A DNA stretch of 55,766 bases from Trichinella spiralis (taxonomy: Eukaryota). Below are positions 22,643 through 35,949 of this stretch, piece after piece (the stretch's first letter is position 1; each line of letters begins with the position of its first letter). The notes below the pieces were generated by a model that made no database searches, had not been told where the DNA came from, and saw only the letters and a program-made list of their open reading frames with translations. The position numbers and the translations under genes were made by a program. The stretch spans positions 2,569,700 through 2,625,465 of the forward strand of contig NW_003526941.1 in the NCBI RefSeq assembly GCF_000181795.1, given 5' to 3'.

Positions 22643-25600
22643 AATGCAAGCGCGTTTCACTTTTGTGTGTGTGTGCATGTGAACGAAGTTGTTCTACTGG
22701 TTTTGGCAATAACTTGTACTGTCAGCATACCTGCATGCACGCATCATCTGCGCATTGTAAATTGTACGAAAAAGTAAATTCACTTTACTTGTAATAAAAT
22801 TATATTTTTAAAGTATTAATTTAAAAAAATTTAATACTAGCAAGTTGCTTGAATTTGTTTGCTTGTGATGATGTGGTTTTGTTGATCAGTTTGTTGTTGC
22901 ACTGGTTGTATTAATTATCAATTTTTCATTTTCAACGCTGTTTGTTGTTGTTGTTGTCGTTGCACACATGTGACGTATTCATTTATAAAAGCTGTGAAAA
23001 GGAATAAATAAAAATTCGAACGTAAAAAATTTTAATCTTGCACATTTTTCTAAATGTACACACCCACTGCATATTGAAAACATGAATTCCGATGTAATAT
23101 GGATAGGAAATTATAGATTTTTTTTTCTTTTTTGAAGAAAGAACTTCACCAGTAAGCAAATTAAATTTATAAATATATGTAACTTTTACTTTTTCTCACT
23201 TCAGTTTTCATCGATGATGAAATGATTTTAATTTAAAAATTTGCATTAAATGAACGCATGTACATTTTGGAAGTGCCTTTTAAAGTGCATTTCTTATGTT
23301 GGTGAGGTTGTATTGGTTTTTTTGTCTGTTCGACAATTTTTGTTTTCAGACAAAGTACGATTATTTGGGTAATATTTTCATATGAATTTCAGTTATTGAA
23401 ATAAAAAATAGATGGCGGATTGAATATAATAGTAATTTTGCAACAGTTTGAATGTATTTTTCATCGCTTGTTTTTAGCACCTTGTATATAGAAAATGTGT
23501 TGCGATATAAAGGTGAAATTGTAGAATGTAATGCAAAGAAAATTTATTTATTTATTTATTTATTCATTCTATTAGTGATCGATTTTTTATCTTTTAATAT
23601 CACAACCGCGTTGCTGTTTGTTGTTGCTGTAATTTGTGCATTGTGTGGTTTCTTTCTTTCAACGCTAGTTATTAGCGGCTAGTTTTGTGCACTTTGTCCA
23701 TTTGATGATGATGGATTTATTTATTCGGTAGAAATGAAGTCAGGTTGCTGTTCAAGCGGAACTAATTTGATCGCTTATTGAATTGTTGAACCGATTAAAC
23801 CATAGAAACCACAGTACACAACTGGATGTCAGTTATTTCGGTTTTTAATGGCTTAGTTTGTTTGTTATTGGTTTATCTTTTGCATTTTATTGCGAATTTC
23901 TATATAATTATATAAGCAGTTATTGTTGTGGTTGTAGTTATCTGTTAGTGTTACCAATGAATGATTTCAGTGGAAAGATAAGGGGAAAAAAGAATGCAAG
24001 GTCAATTTGTGAGGCGAATCAATTTCGAGATTAACAATCGATTTCCATTCATGATGTAGAAAATTGGAAAGTGGTTTGTATTTTTCTTTTTGGTTTTTAC
24101 TTTGCTTTGCAATGTTTGATTGAATGATAATTTATGGTCTGTTCACAACAGATGGACAACTAGTAGATCAGTTATAGATAACAGAAAAGCGAGGGGATAA
24201 CGCAGGGAGGGGGAGGGTTAAGAGGCGGGATAAATGAGTATATTTTGGAATGTATGCTTATTCCTGTAATTATTATTATTATGATTAATATTGACATACA
24301 AATGTTAATTGTTGTTACGAATTTCATTTTTTTATTGTTCGATCAGTTTATTAAGTACATAATTGGACATATGCCATTGGGTGGTTCTGATTTTTTTGTC
24401 TTTGTTTTGTTGTATTGTGCTTTTAGAGGTCAAAAAAATGTGATTCCAGCTTTTCAATGTTGATTTTACAAGGTTCGGGTGCAGAAGGAGGTCAGTAGTG
24501 GAAGGTGTGTTTTCCTTCCATTCATCAGGTCAGCACTGAGTTTGGTTCACTTTCTACAAGCGACATCAGAGGTCGTCAGAGGTTGGTGTAGCCACTGGGA
24601 CCGTAGTTTCTTAATTGGCTTTGTGATGGATATCGACCATGCGATCGTTTCGGTCATTTATTGAAACGGCTACCCATATTTGAAGCTGAACACTTCAATA
24701 CATTTAGCTGTTCGATTTTCTGGCCGTGCCGTATATTCGCGGTCACGTGTCCGCTTGGCCTTGGCTAGCCATTGGTCAACGCACTCGCTGTTTCTTGGTC
24801 ATGGTCGCGCAGTGTTCCTATTTCACGATTCCTCATTTCGTGGGTTTGCTCGGACCTGCTTGTTTCTATTCATAAATATTCTCGATCTCTTCACTGAAAT
24901 CGAACTCATATCTCATCATCATTATTGCCGCTATTATTTTTGTAAGTTTATTTTTATTTGATTTTTCCCACGTATCTTTTAAAAAAATGACCATGAAAAA
25001 ATTATCCAGTAGTGACTCTTAATCAGAATGGCACTGTGGGAATTATATTGAAAAAGTTTTTATTTATTTGCTGAGCAGTGGTGTATATTTGTGCTCAGGT
25101 TTTTTCTATTTGCGTTATTATTTTTCAAGAGGGAATTAGTTGCAGTTTATAGCTGCGATGGGCTCTTCCATTACATCTACATAATATGGATATACAGAAA
25201 TGTCGATTGATTGGTAATATAATATTCTATATATATAATGTGATAGTTGGTTTTCTGTTTTTCGTCAGTTGACATCTGTGAAACCCCGCGTCTGTCTACA
25301 TTTCATCCATTTCCAACAGGGTCAGTTTTATTGACACTTGTTAAGCTGGCTTTGCGAACGTCGTGAAATCAGAGATGAGAGCTTGTCGTTGTCGTTGTCG
25401 TTGTCGTTGTCCACTCCAATTTCGTGATTCATATCTTCATATCACGCAGATGATATTATAATACATTCATTCGTTCGTTAAAAATTATAAAATGAAGAAA
25501 AACACCCATCCAGGCTTAGTATATTTAGATGGATGTGGATGGGCGTGGGTGAATGGATTTGATTGATTGATCGATTAGAAATTCAGCTTGTTGAGTCAGT

Positions 25601-25902
25601 TGGGATTTTTTGCAACGGAAAAAGAATGAATAATGCTAATAAAGCAAAGCATTTGACGCGACTGGCAGCAGGTTTGTTAGAAAATGCGCAGCGTGTTTCA
25701 GCAGGCGCGTGAATTATATTATTTTCGCCGATTAAATGCAGAGATATACACACATCTGTGTGTGTATTTGTGTGCGTATACGATAGCATTTTGTAAACAG
25801 ATATTGTTAAATAAATAAATAAATAAAATTGTAGTTAAAGTTGGAAAAAAATTATTGTTCTTTTGCAGGAGGTGAAAAATCCGCAGATCTTGACAAGGCG
25901 TG

Positions 25903-26634
25903 ATGCGCATATGCCAGTGTGAACTACCGAAGAGGGCCAACACCGTTGATCCTGAATGGCCGTTGAAAAATTCCTGCGACGACTGTTGGACTTGGGATGT
26001 GGACGAAAAGAATGATTCGATTCGTGTTTACGGTTCCTACGGTCGGTCGGTGCTTTTCCATTCGGATTGGAGCAATGGGACGGTCGGCGTGCGCGGCAAC
26101 CGCCCGCTGTCCGGTGGTCGATTTTATTGGGAAATTGACGTCTCGCATCGCGTTTTTGGAACCAGCCTGATGTTCGGCATCGGTTCCAAACGAACCTCAA
26201 TGCAGGAATATTGCTTTGTCAATTTGATTGGTCAAGATCAATACAGCTGGGGCTTGAATCACAAGGGCGTCATCTACCACGCCGGTAACGGGGTCCAGTA
26301 TACGGAACCATTTTTGGAATACACGCCCACGACGGTCGGCGTGCTTTTCGACAGTGACGAAGGCACGCTGACATTTTTCAAAGACGGAGTAAATTTGGGC
26401 CTGGCATTCCGAGGTGTCAAGTGTTCCGAAGGTCTCTATCCAATGATTTCGTCGACAGCGGCACGAACGGAAATGACGCTCAGCGTCGCCAGACGCACTT
26501 TCCTCAGTTTGGAAGACCGATGCTATTCAACGCTTGTTCGACAGTTGAATTCCGAACAAGACGTGGACAAGCTCGAATTGCCACCTTGGATGCGTCAAGA
26601 ATTGAAAAGTAGACAATGGTGGGCACTGCGTTGA
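25903..26634 (+). CDS. SPSB3: SPRY domain SOCS-box protein (SPSB3-like), single coding exon
   Basis: VLFHSDWSNGTVGVRG, FYWEI, VFGTSLMFGIG, NLIGQDQYSWGL, GTLTFFKDG and LYPMISSTAART, with C-terminal SOCS box SLEDRC...LELPPWMRQEL. Confidence 0.88.
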   Translation: MRICQCELPKRANTVDPEWPLKNSCDDCWTWDVDEKNDSIRVYGSYGRSVLFHSDWSNGTVGVRGNRPLSGGRFYWEIDVSHRVFGTSLMFGIGSKRTSMQEYCFVNLIGQDQYSWGLNHKGVIYHAGNGVQYTEPFLEYTPTTVGVLFDSDEGTLTFFKDGVNLGLAFRGVKCSEGLYPMISSTAARTEMTLSVARRTFLSLEDRCYSTLVRQLNSEQDVDKLELPPWMRQELKSRQWWALR

Positions 26635-27146
26635 TTGATTGAATGGATGCTTTTCTATTTTTTCATCTTTTTAAAATTAAAATTTCTTCATTGTTTTGTT
26701 TCTTTCTATTTTGCTACCATTTATTTTATTTTATTTGTCTCTTTGCTTTATTATCATATTTGTAATGAAAAAAACCTTTTTTTTTCTTCATCCTTCTTCC
26801 TCTGATATATTTTTCGCTTCCTCTCGACTCCCTTTCTCTAGTCTACTGTCTGCTTATATTTTCCTCCTTTTTTCTTTTCATTTCGCCCCATTGTTTTCCT
26901 AATGCTAATGCAACACCAATTAATGCTGATGTTGATCCGTTTTGCCGGCAAGACGCACCGCACAACATTTGTTATTTTCAATTAAATTCGTTTGAATGTC
27001 AAACGTTTGAAGTTATCAATTATTTAATTAATTAAAATTTTGGTGATGTTTTGTTTTGCATTTTTCTGGTTTCAAATGTCAAAGTAAATGAGAAATTTTA
27101 CTGCATGCAAACAGAAACAGTTCATTTGCATCTACAGTGATGATGA

Positions 27147-27667
27147 TCACTTTTTCGCTTCTTTCTTCATCTTGTTTTGCGTTTTCATCATCTTGTTGAC
27201 AATCTTCTGCTCTTCAATCAAAAATGCTCGCATGATGCGATTCTTCACGCAGTTCGAACACCGTGAGCCGCCATAAGCGCGACTAACTGTTTTGTGACGC
27301 CACGGCATTGACATAAGTTCTCTTGGTCGAGCAGGCCGAAGCTAAATTTTCCAAAAAACAACAAATATATGCACACTTCAGCACAGCCCTTACAACATAT
27401 ATTTTTGCAAACTATTCCAACCATGCTTACTTATAAATGAACGAACAATAAACAGCAAAGTAATTCGACAATCAAAAAATAAAAAAATTGAATGATGTAA
27501 AATTATACCCCACGCAGACGTTCCTTGCAGTCTCCACATTTCGGTACTTGGCCAGGTTTTTTCGGATACAGATAGACGAGACGGTTTCCTGGCGTTTTCG
27601 ACACTTTACGTCTGTTCGACGCAGTGTTATATGATAAACGACGACGAAATACTAGCCTCTTTGCCAT
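27147..27667 (-). CDS. rpl-34: 60S ribosomal protein L34 (eL34); exons 27667-27509, 27341-27147
   Basis: [18 protein letters not shown]...[11 protein letters not shown]...[10 protein letters not shown]|...[30 protein letters not shown]. Absent from the ORF track. Confidence 0.95.
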
Positions 27668-28695
27668 TTCTTTCCACCGACCTGAAGAATTTTAATGAAA
27701 ATTTAAAAAAACAAAACACTCAAATAATTCAAAGTTAATAAAATTACTTTCAATATTCGTCTAACATATATGAATACTCGTGTACGCACTACCGTAACTT
27801 ATTTTCATGTATCTACAGTATGAAAAGTATGATATTTTCAAAAATTATTGCAATAAATTCACGTATATATATATATATATAAATATGAATCATATAGGTA
27901 TACATATGTATATATAATATACAATCTTAAAAAAATAAATATCACCTTTGGTGTTGAATAAATAATTTAAATTTAATAGCTGCTCTATTCAAATAATAGT
28001 AATGATCTAATGGTAATGATAATAGCAATAATTGCTTACTGAGCTTACCACACTGCCTTACTGAAATTTTTAAACAGTATTTAGGGACATAAATATATTC
28101 TTCAAATTTATTTGTTAAAATTAATACAGTTTTCATTTCACTATTTACTGACATAGCCGTTGTTCAGCATAAAAATTACATCGGAAATTAAAGTAAATTT
28201 TTTAAAGTAAAAATAATCAAATAAACATGTTATTTCAAAAAATCTAATGATTTTCAAATAACTTTCATCAGAAATTAAAGGTTTATGGAATATGATTATC
28301 AAGTTTTACCACATGACTGACTGTAGTCTGAAAGTACCGCTGATTAGTTCCCTGCTGCTTTTGTTGTTTGTGTCGCCTGTAAGATAATCACTTTTTTTAC
28401 AGTAATTGTCATTTTCCTTATTATATCAAATTTAATTTAAGCATTGTTTTATATTGTATTTTTTGTAATTCACTTGTTGTTGTATTTTTTTTTGCACTTC
28501 CCCCGTGTAAGTTGAAATTGTTTACGCTTATTTGGCATTATTTTACTTGCTTTTTAAGGTTATTATTTGGACAGAATTTTTAGAAATGATATGTTTTAGG
28601 GTGTTTTAGCTGTTTCTGTGCAGCTTTCGCTTTTGTGAGTGGGAAAGATTTTTGGAAGTGATTTTTGGCGTAGTGTTTTTCTCGTGTTTGGTAAA

Positions 28696-31600
28696 ATGGC
28701 AGAAGAAATATTAGTAAAAGCTAGCAAATTGTTGGAATTTAACACTCCGGTCATTGACGTCTCACTTCTTGATGCGGTTATTAATTTGATGTATTGCGGT
28801 ACAGGAGAAATAGTAAGTTCAAAACATTCATTATTTTACCCATTCTTCTGTTAACAATGAACACTTTTTAAAATGTTCTAGCAAAGAAAAGCTCAAGAGA
28901 TTTTAACTATGTTGAAAGAAAACAACGAAGCTTGGACTAGAGTAGATGCTGTATTGGAATATTCGAGAAGTTTACAGTCAAAGTACTTTGCTTTGCAAAT
29001 CTTAGAAAACCTTGTCAATACTCGTTGGCGTCGCCTTCCCCGCGATCAGTGTGATGGTACTTTTTTGTGTTTTTTCTTTCAAATTGAATATATACAACAT
29101 ATATGATGAAATAAGTTTCATTTTAGGTATCAAAAAGTATTTAGTCGATCGCATTATTAGTATATCTTCCAATCCTAGTCTTTCTGAAGATGAAAAAGTA
29201 TTTCTGAACAAGATGAACATGGTATTGGTGCAGGTGTGTATTTGGAATTTGATTTTGTAATTTTATTTTAGCAATTTTAACAACTAGGTTTATTTTTGCT
29301 TAAGCAAAAGAAAAATTTGAGAATCGTTTAATGATAATTGTAATAAATTTTTTTTATTATCTTATTCTTTTTAATTTCATTAATGTTTAAATTTTGCATT
29401 TCATTTTCTAGATCGTTAAACGGGAATGGCCAAAACACTGGCCTACGTTTATCAGTGATATTGTTGGGTCCAGTCGTTCCAATGAATCATTGTGTCGAAA
29501 TAATATGGTGATCCTGAAATTGTTAAGGTAGGCTTTTTATTGCATGTTTCATTGTATGAATATATCTTTTTTGCCGAATTTTGCATATTCACATTTTACA
29601 CTATTTTTTGGTTTATTACGTAACGTTGTAAAGAGAAATTTTATTGTGTTGTGCGGTTCATTTTCGATTAAATATTTAAGTTTTATATCTTTCATTTTTG
29701 AATATTATGTAAATTTGATTTGGTGACTTTTGGACTCTAGATTGTAAAGTTGTTAACTTTGTAACCGTCAGAAAATACAGTATATTATGTACGGTATTAG
29801 ATTTTATTGATAAACAAGTGTTATGTGCATATGATACGAAGTTTAGTGTGTGATGTTGAAAAACATACATATATGTAAAGAAATTGTTCATTTATGTTTG
29901 AACAATATTAATTGATGATTTAGAAAAGTTTTGATAAATATTTATTTTTTTGATAAAATTTTTTGATTTGTGTGTTCGTCTTAAGCGGTTTAGAAATGTG
30001 TTGAAAAGAAATTTACTTGACGTTTTGCTTTCAGTGAAGAAGTTTTTGATTTTTCTTCTGGTCAGATGACACAGACGAAGGCAAATCACATGAAACAGCA
30101 GTTTTGCTCTGAATTTCGTGCAATTTTCGAGCTATGTCAGCATATTTTGGTAAGCAAAATTGATTTATTTATTTTAAAAATTTGTTTATTTATAATGTTA
30201 CTACAGGAGAGTTCGACCAATGTTATGCTGGTTGAAGCCACGTTGAACACATTGCTCGGCTTCTTAGTTTGGATTCCTGTTGGTTACATATTTGAAACGA
30301 ACTTGATCGAAAGTCTTACTGCGAAGGTGAGCGGGCAGTAGATTTCTTTTTCGTAATTTGTCTGTAGTCGAGCATATGCGTTTGAAATTGAGCTTCTTTG
30401 AAATGGAGCATTTGCATGCACTGGGATGTTTGTTGTTACTGAGAACAGTAGTTTCGTTGGGACTGTTGAAAACAACAAGTAGGCAGACATTCTGTCCATC
30501 GAAGTTTAGCTGCAAATTGCTTTTCTGTACCCATTTATTGAAGTTTAAAAGATGATAGTTTTAAGTTTTTTTTATTTTGAATGTTAAATAAGTTAAATGC
30601 ACAGCGAAAGAATTTCAGTTTCCATTTTCAGTCACTGTTTATGTTAATATTTGTATATTTAGTTGTAATTAATCATTAATGTTTACAGATTTTAATTTTG
30701 AAATTTATTTTATTTTTCAGTTTCTAAGCATCCTGCCGTTTCGTAATGTCACTTTGATGTGCCTGACAGAGATTGCGGGTGTTACTTTTCCGAAAAATGC
30801 GCCCCCGGCTTATTCTTCTACAATATGCCGACTGTTTTCTCGAACGATGCAGCAGTTGAATACTGTACGTTTGAATGTGAATTGTGCATTGTTACTTCGG
30901 TTAGTTGATTTATTTTGTAATTAGATGCTCCCACCGCATACAAACATTCCAGAAGCTTATGCGATGGGTAATGACAATGACCAAAAATGCATCTCAAATC
31001 TCGCTCTGTTTTTGTCTACGATCTTGCGGCAGCATTGCAAGATTATTGAAGCTGAATGCAAAGAAAAAATTGGAGAGTTGTTGGGCACACCTTTTGATTT
31101 GGTAAACTATTTCACTTCTGCTCACAATTAATTAATTAATTCGATTTTATTTCTCATATCAGGCAATGAATTATTTGTTGGCAATAAGCGAAGTCGACGA
31201 TATGGAAGTATTCAAAATATGCCTCGATTATTGGAATTGGCTAGTTGCTGAACTGTATCGAGAACCGCCCTTAACGAATCCTCTGCTAACCATGAACCTT
31301 GCTATTCAGTTGATTCGAAAAGATTCACTGTGCACTCGTTATCATTATGTCCCATACTTGAGTCGACTGCGCAGTGTGATTATCAGTCGTATGGCGAAGC
31401 CCGAAGAAGTTTTGGTTGTTGAAAACGATGAAGGCGAAGTTGTACGTGAGACGATCATGGATACAGACGCAATAAGCCTTTACAGAACCATGCGAGAAAC
31501 GTTGGTATATTTGACTCACTTGGACTGTGCCGATACGGAGAGAATAATGACTGAAAAGTTGCAAAATCAAACCAACGGGTCTGAGTGGTCTTGGAAAAAT

Positions 31601-32849
31601 TTAAACTGTCTTTGTTGGGCAATTGGATCGATCAGTGGTGCTTTAATGGAAGAGGACGAGAAGCGTTTTCTAGTTATGGTTATTCGCGGTGAGTGATTTT
31701 GTTGTTATTGTTGTTGTGATGTTGTTTTTTTTTATCATACAATATGTTTTTTTCTTTTTGACAACAGATTTGCTTGGTTTGTGCGAGCAGAAACGTGGAA
31801 AAGAGAACAAAGCTGTGATTGCGTCGAATATAATGTACGTTGTTGGACAGTATCCAAGATTTCTCAGAGCTCATTGGAAATTTTTGAAAACTGTCATTAA
31901 CAAACTTTTTGAATTCATGCACGAAACACACGAAGGTGTACAAGATATGGCCTGCGACACGTTCATTAAAATTGCTAACAAATGTCGACGTCATTTTGTC
32001 ATTGTGAGTTTTATGTTAATTTCAGCATTTGTAATGGGATTGGATTGTCGTAATTAATCAATTGAAAAGGTTTTCTATTTCAGTATTTTTTGTTTCGCAG
32101 TAACAGGAAAAATATGCTTAGGGGGTTTAATTGTGAAAATCTAGCCAGCTTTTTTTTGTTGTAGATTCAAGCTGGAGAAAAGGAGCCGTTTATTGAGGAA
32201 ATTTTGGCCTCTTTGAACACAATCATTTGTGATTTGTCTCCGGCTCAGGTACATGTGTTTTATGAAGCGGTCGGTTATACCATCAGCGCGCAACCTGTAC
32301 AAATTGTCCGGGACAATTTGATCGAACGTTTGATGTCTCTGCCGAATCACACATGGGATGATGTTATTCTCAAAGCGACAACGGTTCGTATTGCTTCTGG
32401 TTAAAATTAAAATTTATTTGTAATATTTCTTTTTTTAATTTAGAATGTGGAAATTTTGAAAGACATTGAAGTTGTCAAAAACCTGGTGAACATTTTGAAA
32501 ACGAACAGCGCCGCCTGCAGGTCAATTGGTTATCCATTTCTCCCACAGGTTTATTATATTATTTTTAAAAAAAATTAATGTTATTTGAAGTTGAAATATT
32601 TTCTTCTTCAGCTCTGTCGTATCTACTTGGATATGTTGAATGTTTACAAGGTCACGTCGGAAAATATTAATTCCGCAGTAACATTGCATGGCGAATCTGT
32701 ACTGAAACAGCCTTTGATCAAATGTATGCGCGCTGTGAAAACGGAGGTGCTACGTTTGATTAATACTTGGATATCCACTCTCAGCAGCATCAGCGAATCT
32801 GCTCGAATTCCTGAGCTGCCATCGGTACGTATTTATAAATATAAATATA

Positions 32850-32884
<35 letters not shown>

Positions 32885-34225
32885 GTTTTAATTATAAAAT
32901 AAGCGTATATGTTTGTTGCAGATATACATGAGTTTTGTTCCTCCACTTTTTGACACTGTTTTATTCGATTACCAGCGCAACGTTCCCTCTGCCCGTGAAC
33001 CGGAAGTGCTGTCCGCTTGCACAGTGCTTATCACGCAGATGAAGGAAAAAGTTTCTGAAGATGTACCGAAAATTTTGGATGCATTATTTGGCTGTACTCT
33101 TGAGATGATCAATAAGGTAGTTAGTCGTGTGATCGTAATGTTTTCATTTTTGCGTTCGTTTGCAAAAATAGGCTAAAGCTTATCTTCTAATTATCCACGT
33201 TTTGTAGGACTTTGAAGACTTCCCTGAACACAGGATTAATTTTTTCCAGTTTATTCGTTCCATAATTGTTAACTGTTTTACTGGTAATATTGAAGAATTG
33301 AAGAAAAAACGTTGTTTAGGCAAAAAATTATTTTCCTTTCAGCGCTGATGTTGATTCCACCGGCCCAGTTCACTCTGATCGTTGACGCGATTGTTTGGGC
33401 ATTTAAACATACCACCCGTAATATTACTGAAATTGGTTTGGAAATTTTGGATCGTCTTTTGGATAGTTTCTCTACTAAAGTCAGTCCAGATATGGCTCAA
33501 AGCTTTTACCAGCAGTACTATTTGACCATACTGAGCCATCTGTTGTCAGTTGTTACAGACAGCACAATGGCACAAGTTGCTGGTTGGTGAATTTTATGTT
33601 GAGAACTTTATCATCATTATTATCAGTTTATTGTTGCGCTTGTAATTTTAGGTCTGACAGTTTTTGCTGTAACACTTGGCAGAATGTTCCGTGAATTGGA
33701 GGAAGGCTTAATCAAAGTACCCCTACAAGGACCTGGTCAAGTGAAGTCAAACGTTGAGTACGTTTTGGAGTATACATTCGAATTGCTGAAAAAGGCTTTT
33801 CCACATTTGACAGAGTAAGAACAGCATCATCTTGTTTCATCATAATTGCCAATAATTAATATTTACTATTTTTTTTAAATCAAAGTGAACAAGTGCGCAT
33901 CATTGTGCAAGGAATTTTGAGCTACGATAATGATGTTGAGAAATTGAAAGAACATCTGCGTGATTTTCTTGTTCAAATCAAAGTAATTATCTAATTCTAC
34001 TATGTTGAAAAGTTTTTGATTCATTGCTTGCTTATTTATTTTCAGGAATACACTGGCGAGGATACATCAGATTTATATTTGGCGGAAAAAGAGCAAGAAG
34101 TAAAAGCGGCAATGGAAGCGAAACGCCGAGCAGCTGAAGCGGTGCCTGGCATATTGAATCCGCATGAAATTTCTGAAGAGATGATCGAAGAGCCGATGGG
34201 AAATGGCCCTGCTTTAAATGCTTGA
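28696..34225 (+). CDS. xpo-1: Exportin-1 (CRM1), multi-exon
   Basis: [106 protein letters not shown] and [10 protein letters not shown]. Confidence 0.97.
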
Positions 34226-35949
34226 AAATGAATTCCATTCAGAGCTGTTTTATTCGGTTTTTTCTTTCGATCAGTCGGTCGGTTAGTTTATTATGTTTTC
34301 CACATTCTATTTTACAATGGTTGTCTAATTTAGAACTCGCCTTCATGTTTAAATTTAGCATAGTATAAGTTTATTTATTCATTTATTATCTGTATGTGTA
34401 AATTGACATTGACAAGTTTTGTCTTTTATCTGTTTTTTCAGAAGAGCAAAATTATGAACCCACATGTACGCATTGAAAACTTTTTTTCCAATCGCGATCT
34501 TTGTTCGCGATCACATATTTTCTTTTTTTCTGTAGTGGCTTGTAACTGGTTCTGTTAACGTGCGGCAAATACAATTTTCTGCTTATTGTATTTTTGTTTA
34601 TTTATAGCTTCGTTGAACGGAATACCAATTTGAAACAAATTTATAATGGTAAATTAATCTCCAATTTGCGAATGTACATGCAAGTAATGTTCTTCAGTAC
34701 GTTTAATATTTTTGGAATTTTTTTCCATATGTACATATATCAGGCAACATGCAAATATTAAACATTTTCAAAGCATATTTAATAATGTAGAGCGTGATAA
34801 AGCGAGATGACTGCACATTGTTTTTGGAAATGGTTAAATTTGAACGGGTTGATTAAGTTGCATGAAATGCAGCTTGCGCAAATGTTTTGCTTTATTCAAT
34901 TTCTGCAGCATCGTGCGACAAGAGCAAACGATATTCTTGTTCCAAGCGTACTAGACTGTATTTTTGAAAAGTGCAATATGCAAAAGTTTTAGCAACGTTT
35001 CAGAAATTTGAATAATACTTGTCCTCACACGCCGTTGTGCACCAATCAGTACAGTACACGATAGAACATCTACATCGAATCATATTAAACTTATATTGCT
35101 AATGAATTTGAATTTACAAAATAATGAACCTTTTTTTCTAAAAGGGTGGAATTGACTGCCCTCAGTTCGTAAATGAACAGCGCATGTATTGTGTAATGAA
35201 TAATAAGAAATGTGCATAACTACAGTTTGAGTTAAGACGTTACAAGTAAAGTAGTAAAAACTACAGTTAGATTAAATGATTGTAAAGTAATTAAATTTTC
35301 CACCTATATATCAACAATTACTTATTGAAACAAATGCCAGATGTATTGAATTGAAAGATGTGCTTTGTTAAGGTAATTGAATAATGCTTTTTCAAAAATT
35401 TTGCATCTTAATAACGATATATCATGATTTTTGAGCACCGCTTGCAGTAGAAGTCTCTAAATACAATGATGAGCAGTTTCAATTACAGTATTAAATTAGA
35501 ACTTCATTTTCATTATTTTTGCAGTAATTACTGTATATTGATATCTTTCTGTGTGTATTTGTCTTTTTTTCGTTGCTCTGTACGTTAAGTCGAATATTCA
35601 GTGAGTTTAATTAATTTATTTGTTCTTATTTTTTAAATATATGCAGTGCTCATTTGATGACATAACATGGTGAAATATGTTCATGAATGAAAATTGCCAT
35701 CATATTTCATTATTGATTGATCAGTTGGGAAAGGTTTTCAGATATCTTTGATTGATGTATCTCTTTTTAATTTTTTGAAGTATATCGTATAAAAATGGAA
35801 TCTTTGGTGTTTCTGTTATTCTGAATTTAGGTAATTTTTCGCTTGAAAATGTTTTCATTCATTTAATTATTAATAAAGTAAAAATATACTACAACTTATC
35901 CTAGTTGATTCTCAATGTTGTTCTCATTTTTATTTTAAGAGAACTTTCT

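Noticed and set aside
24998..25050. AATGGCACTG seed resembling the miR-228/263 family in an imperfect hairpin
   Set aside because: Pairing is poor, the match would be on the 3' arm whereas that family matures from the 5' arm, and the 3' half diverges.
20000..25860. Short ORFs in the long gene-free stretch
   Set aside because: Microsatellite- and low-complexity-derived with no recognisable domains. Probably upstream or intronic sequence of the SPSB3-like gene.
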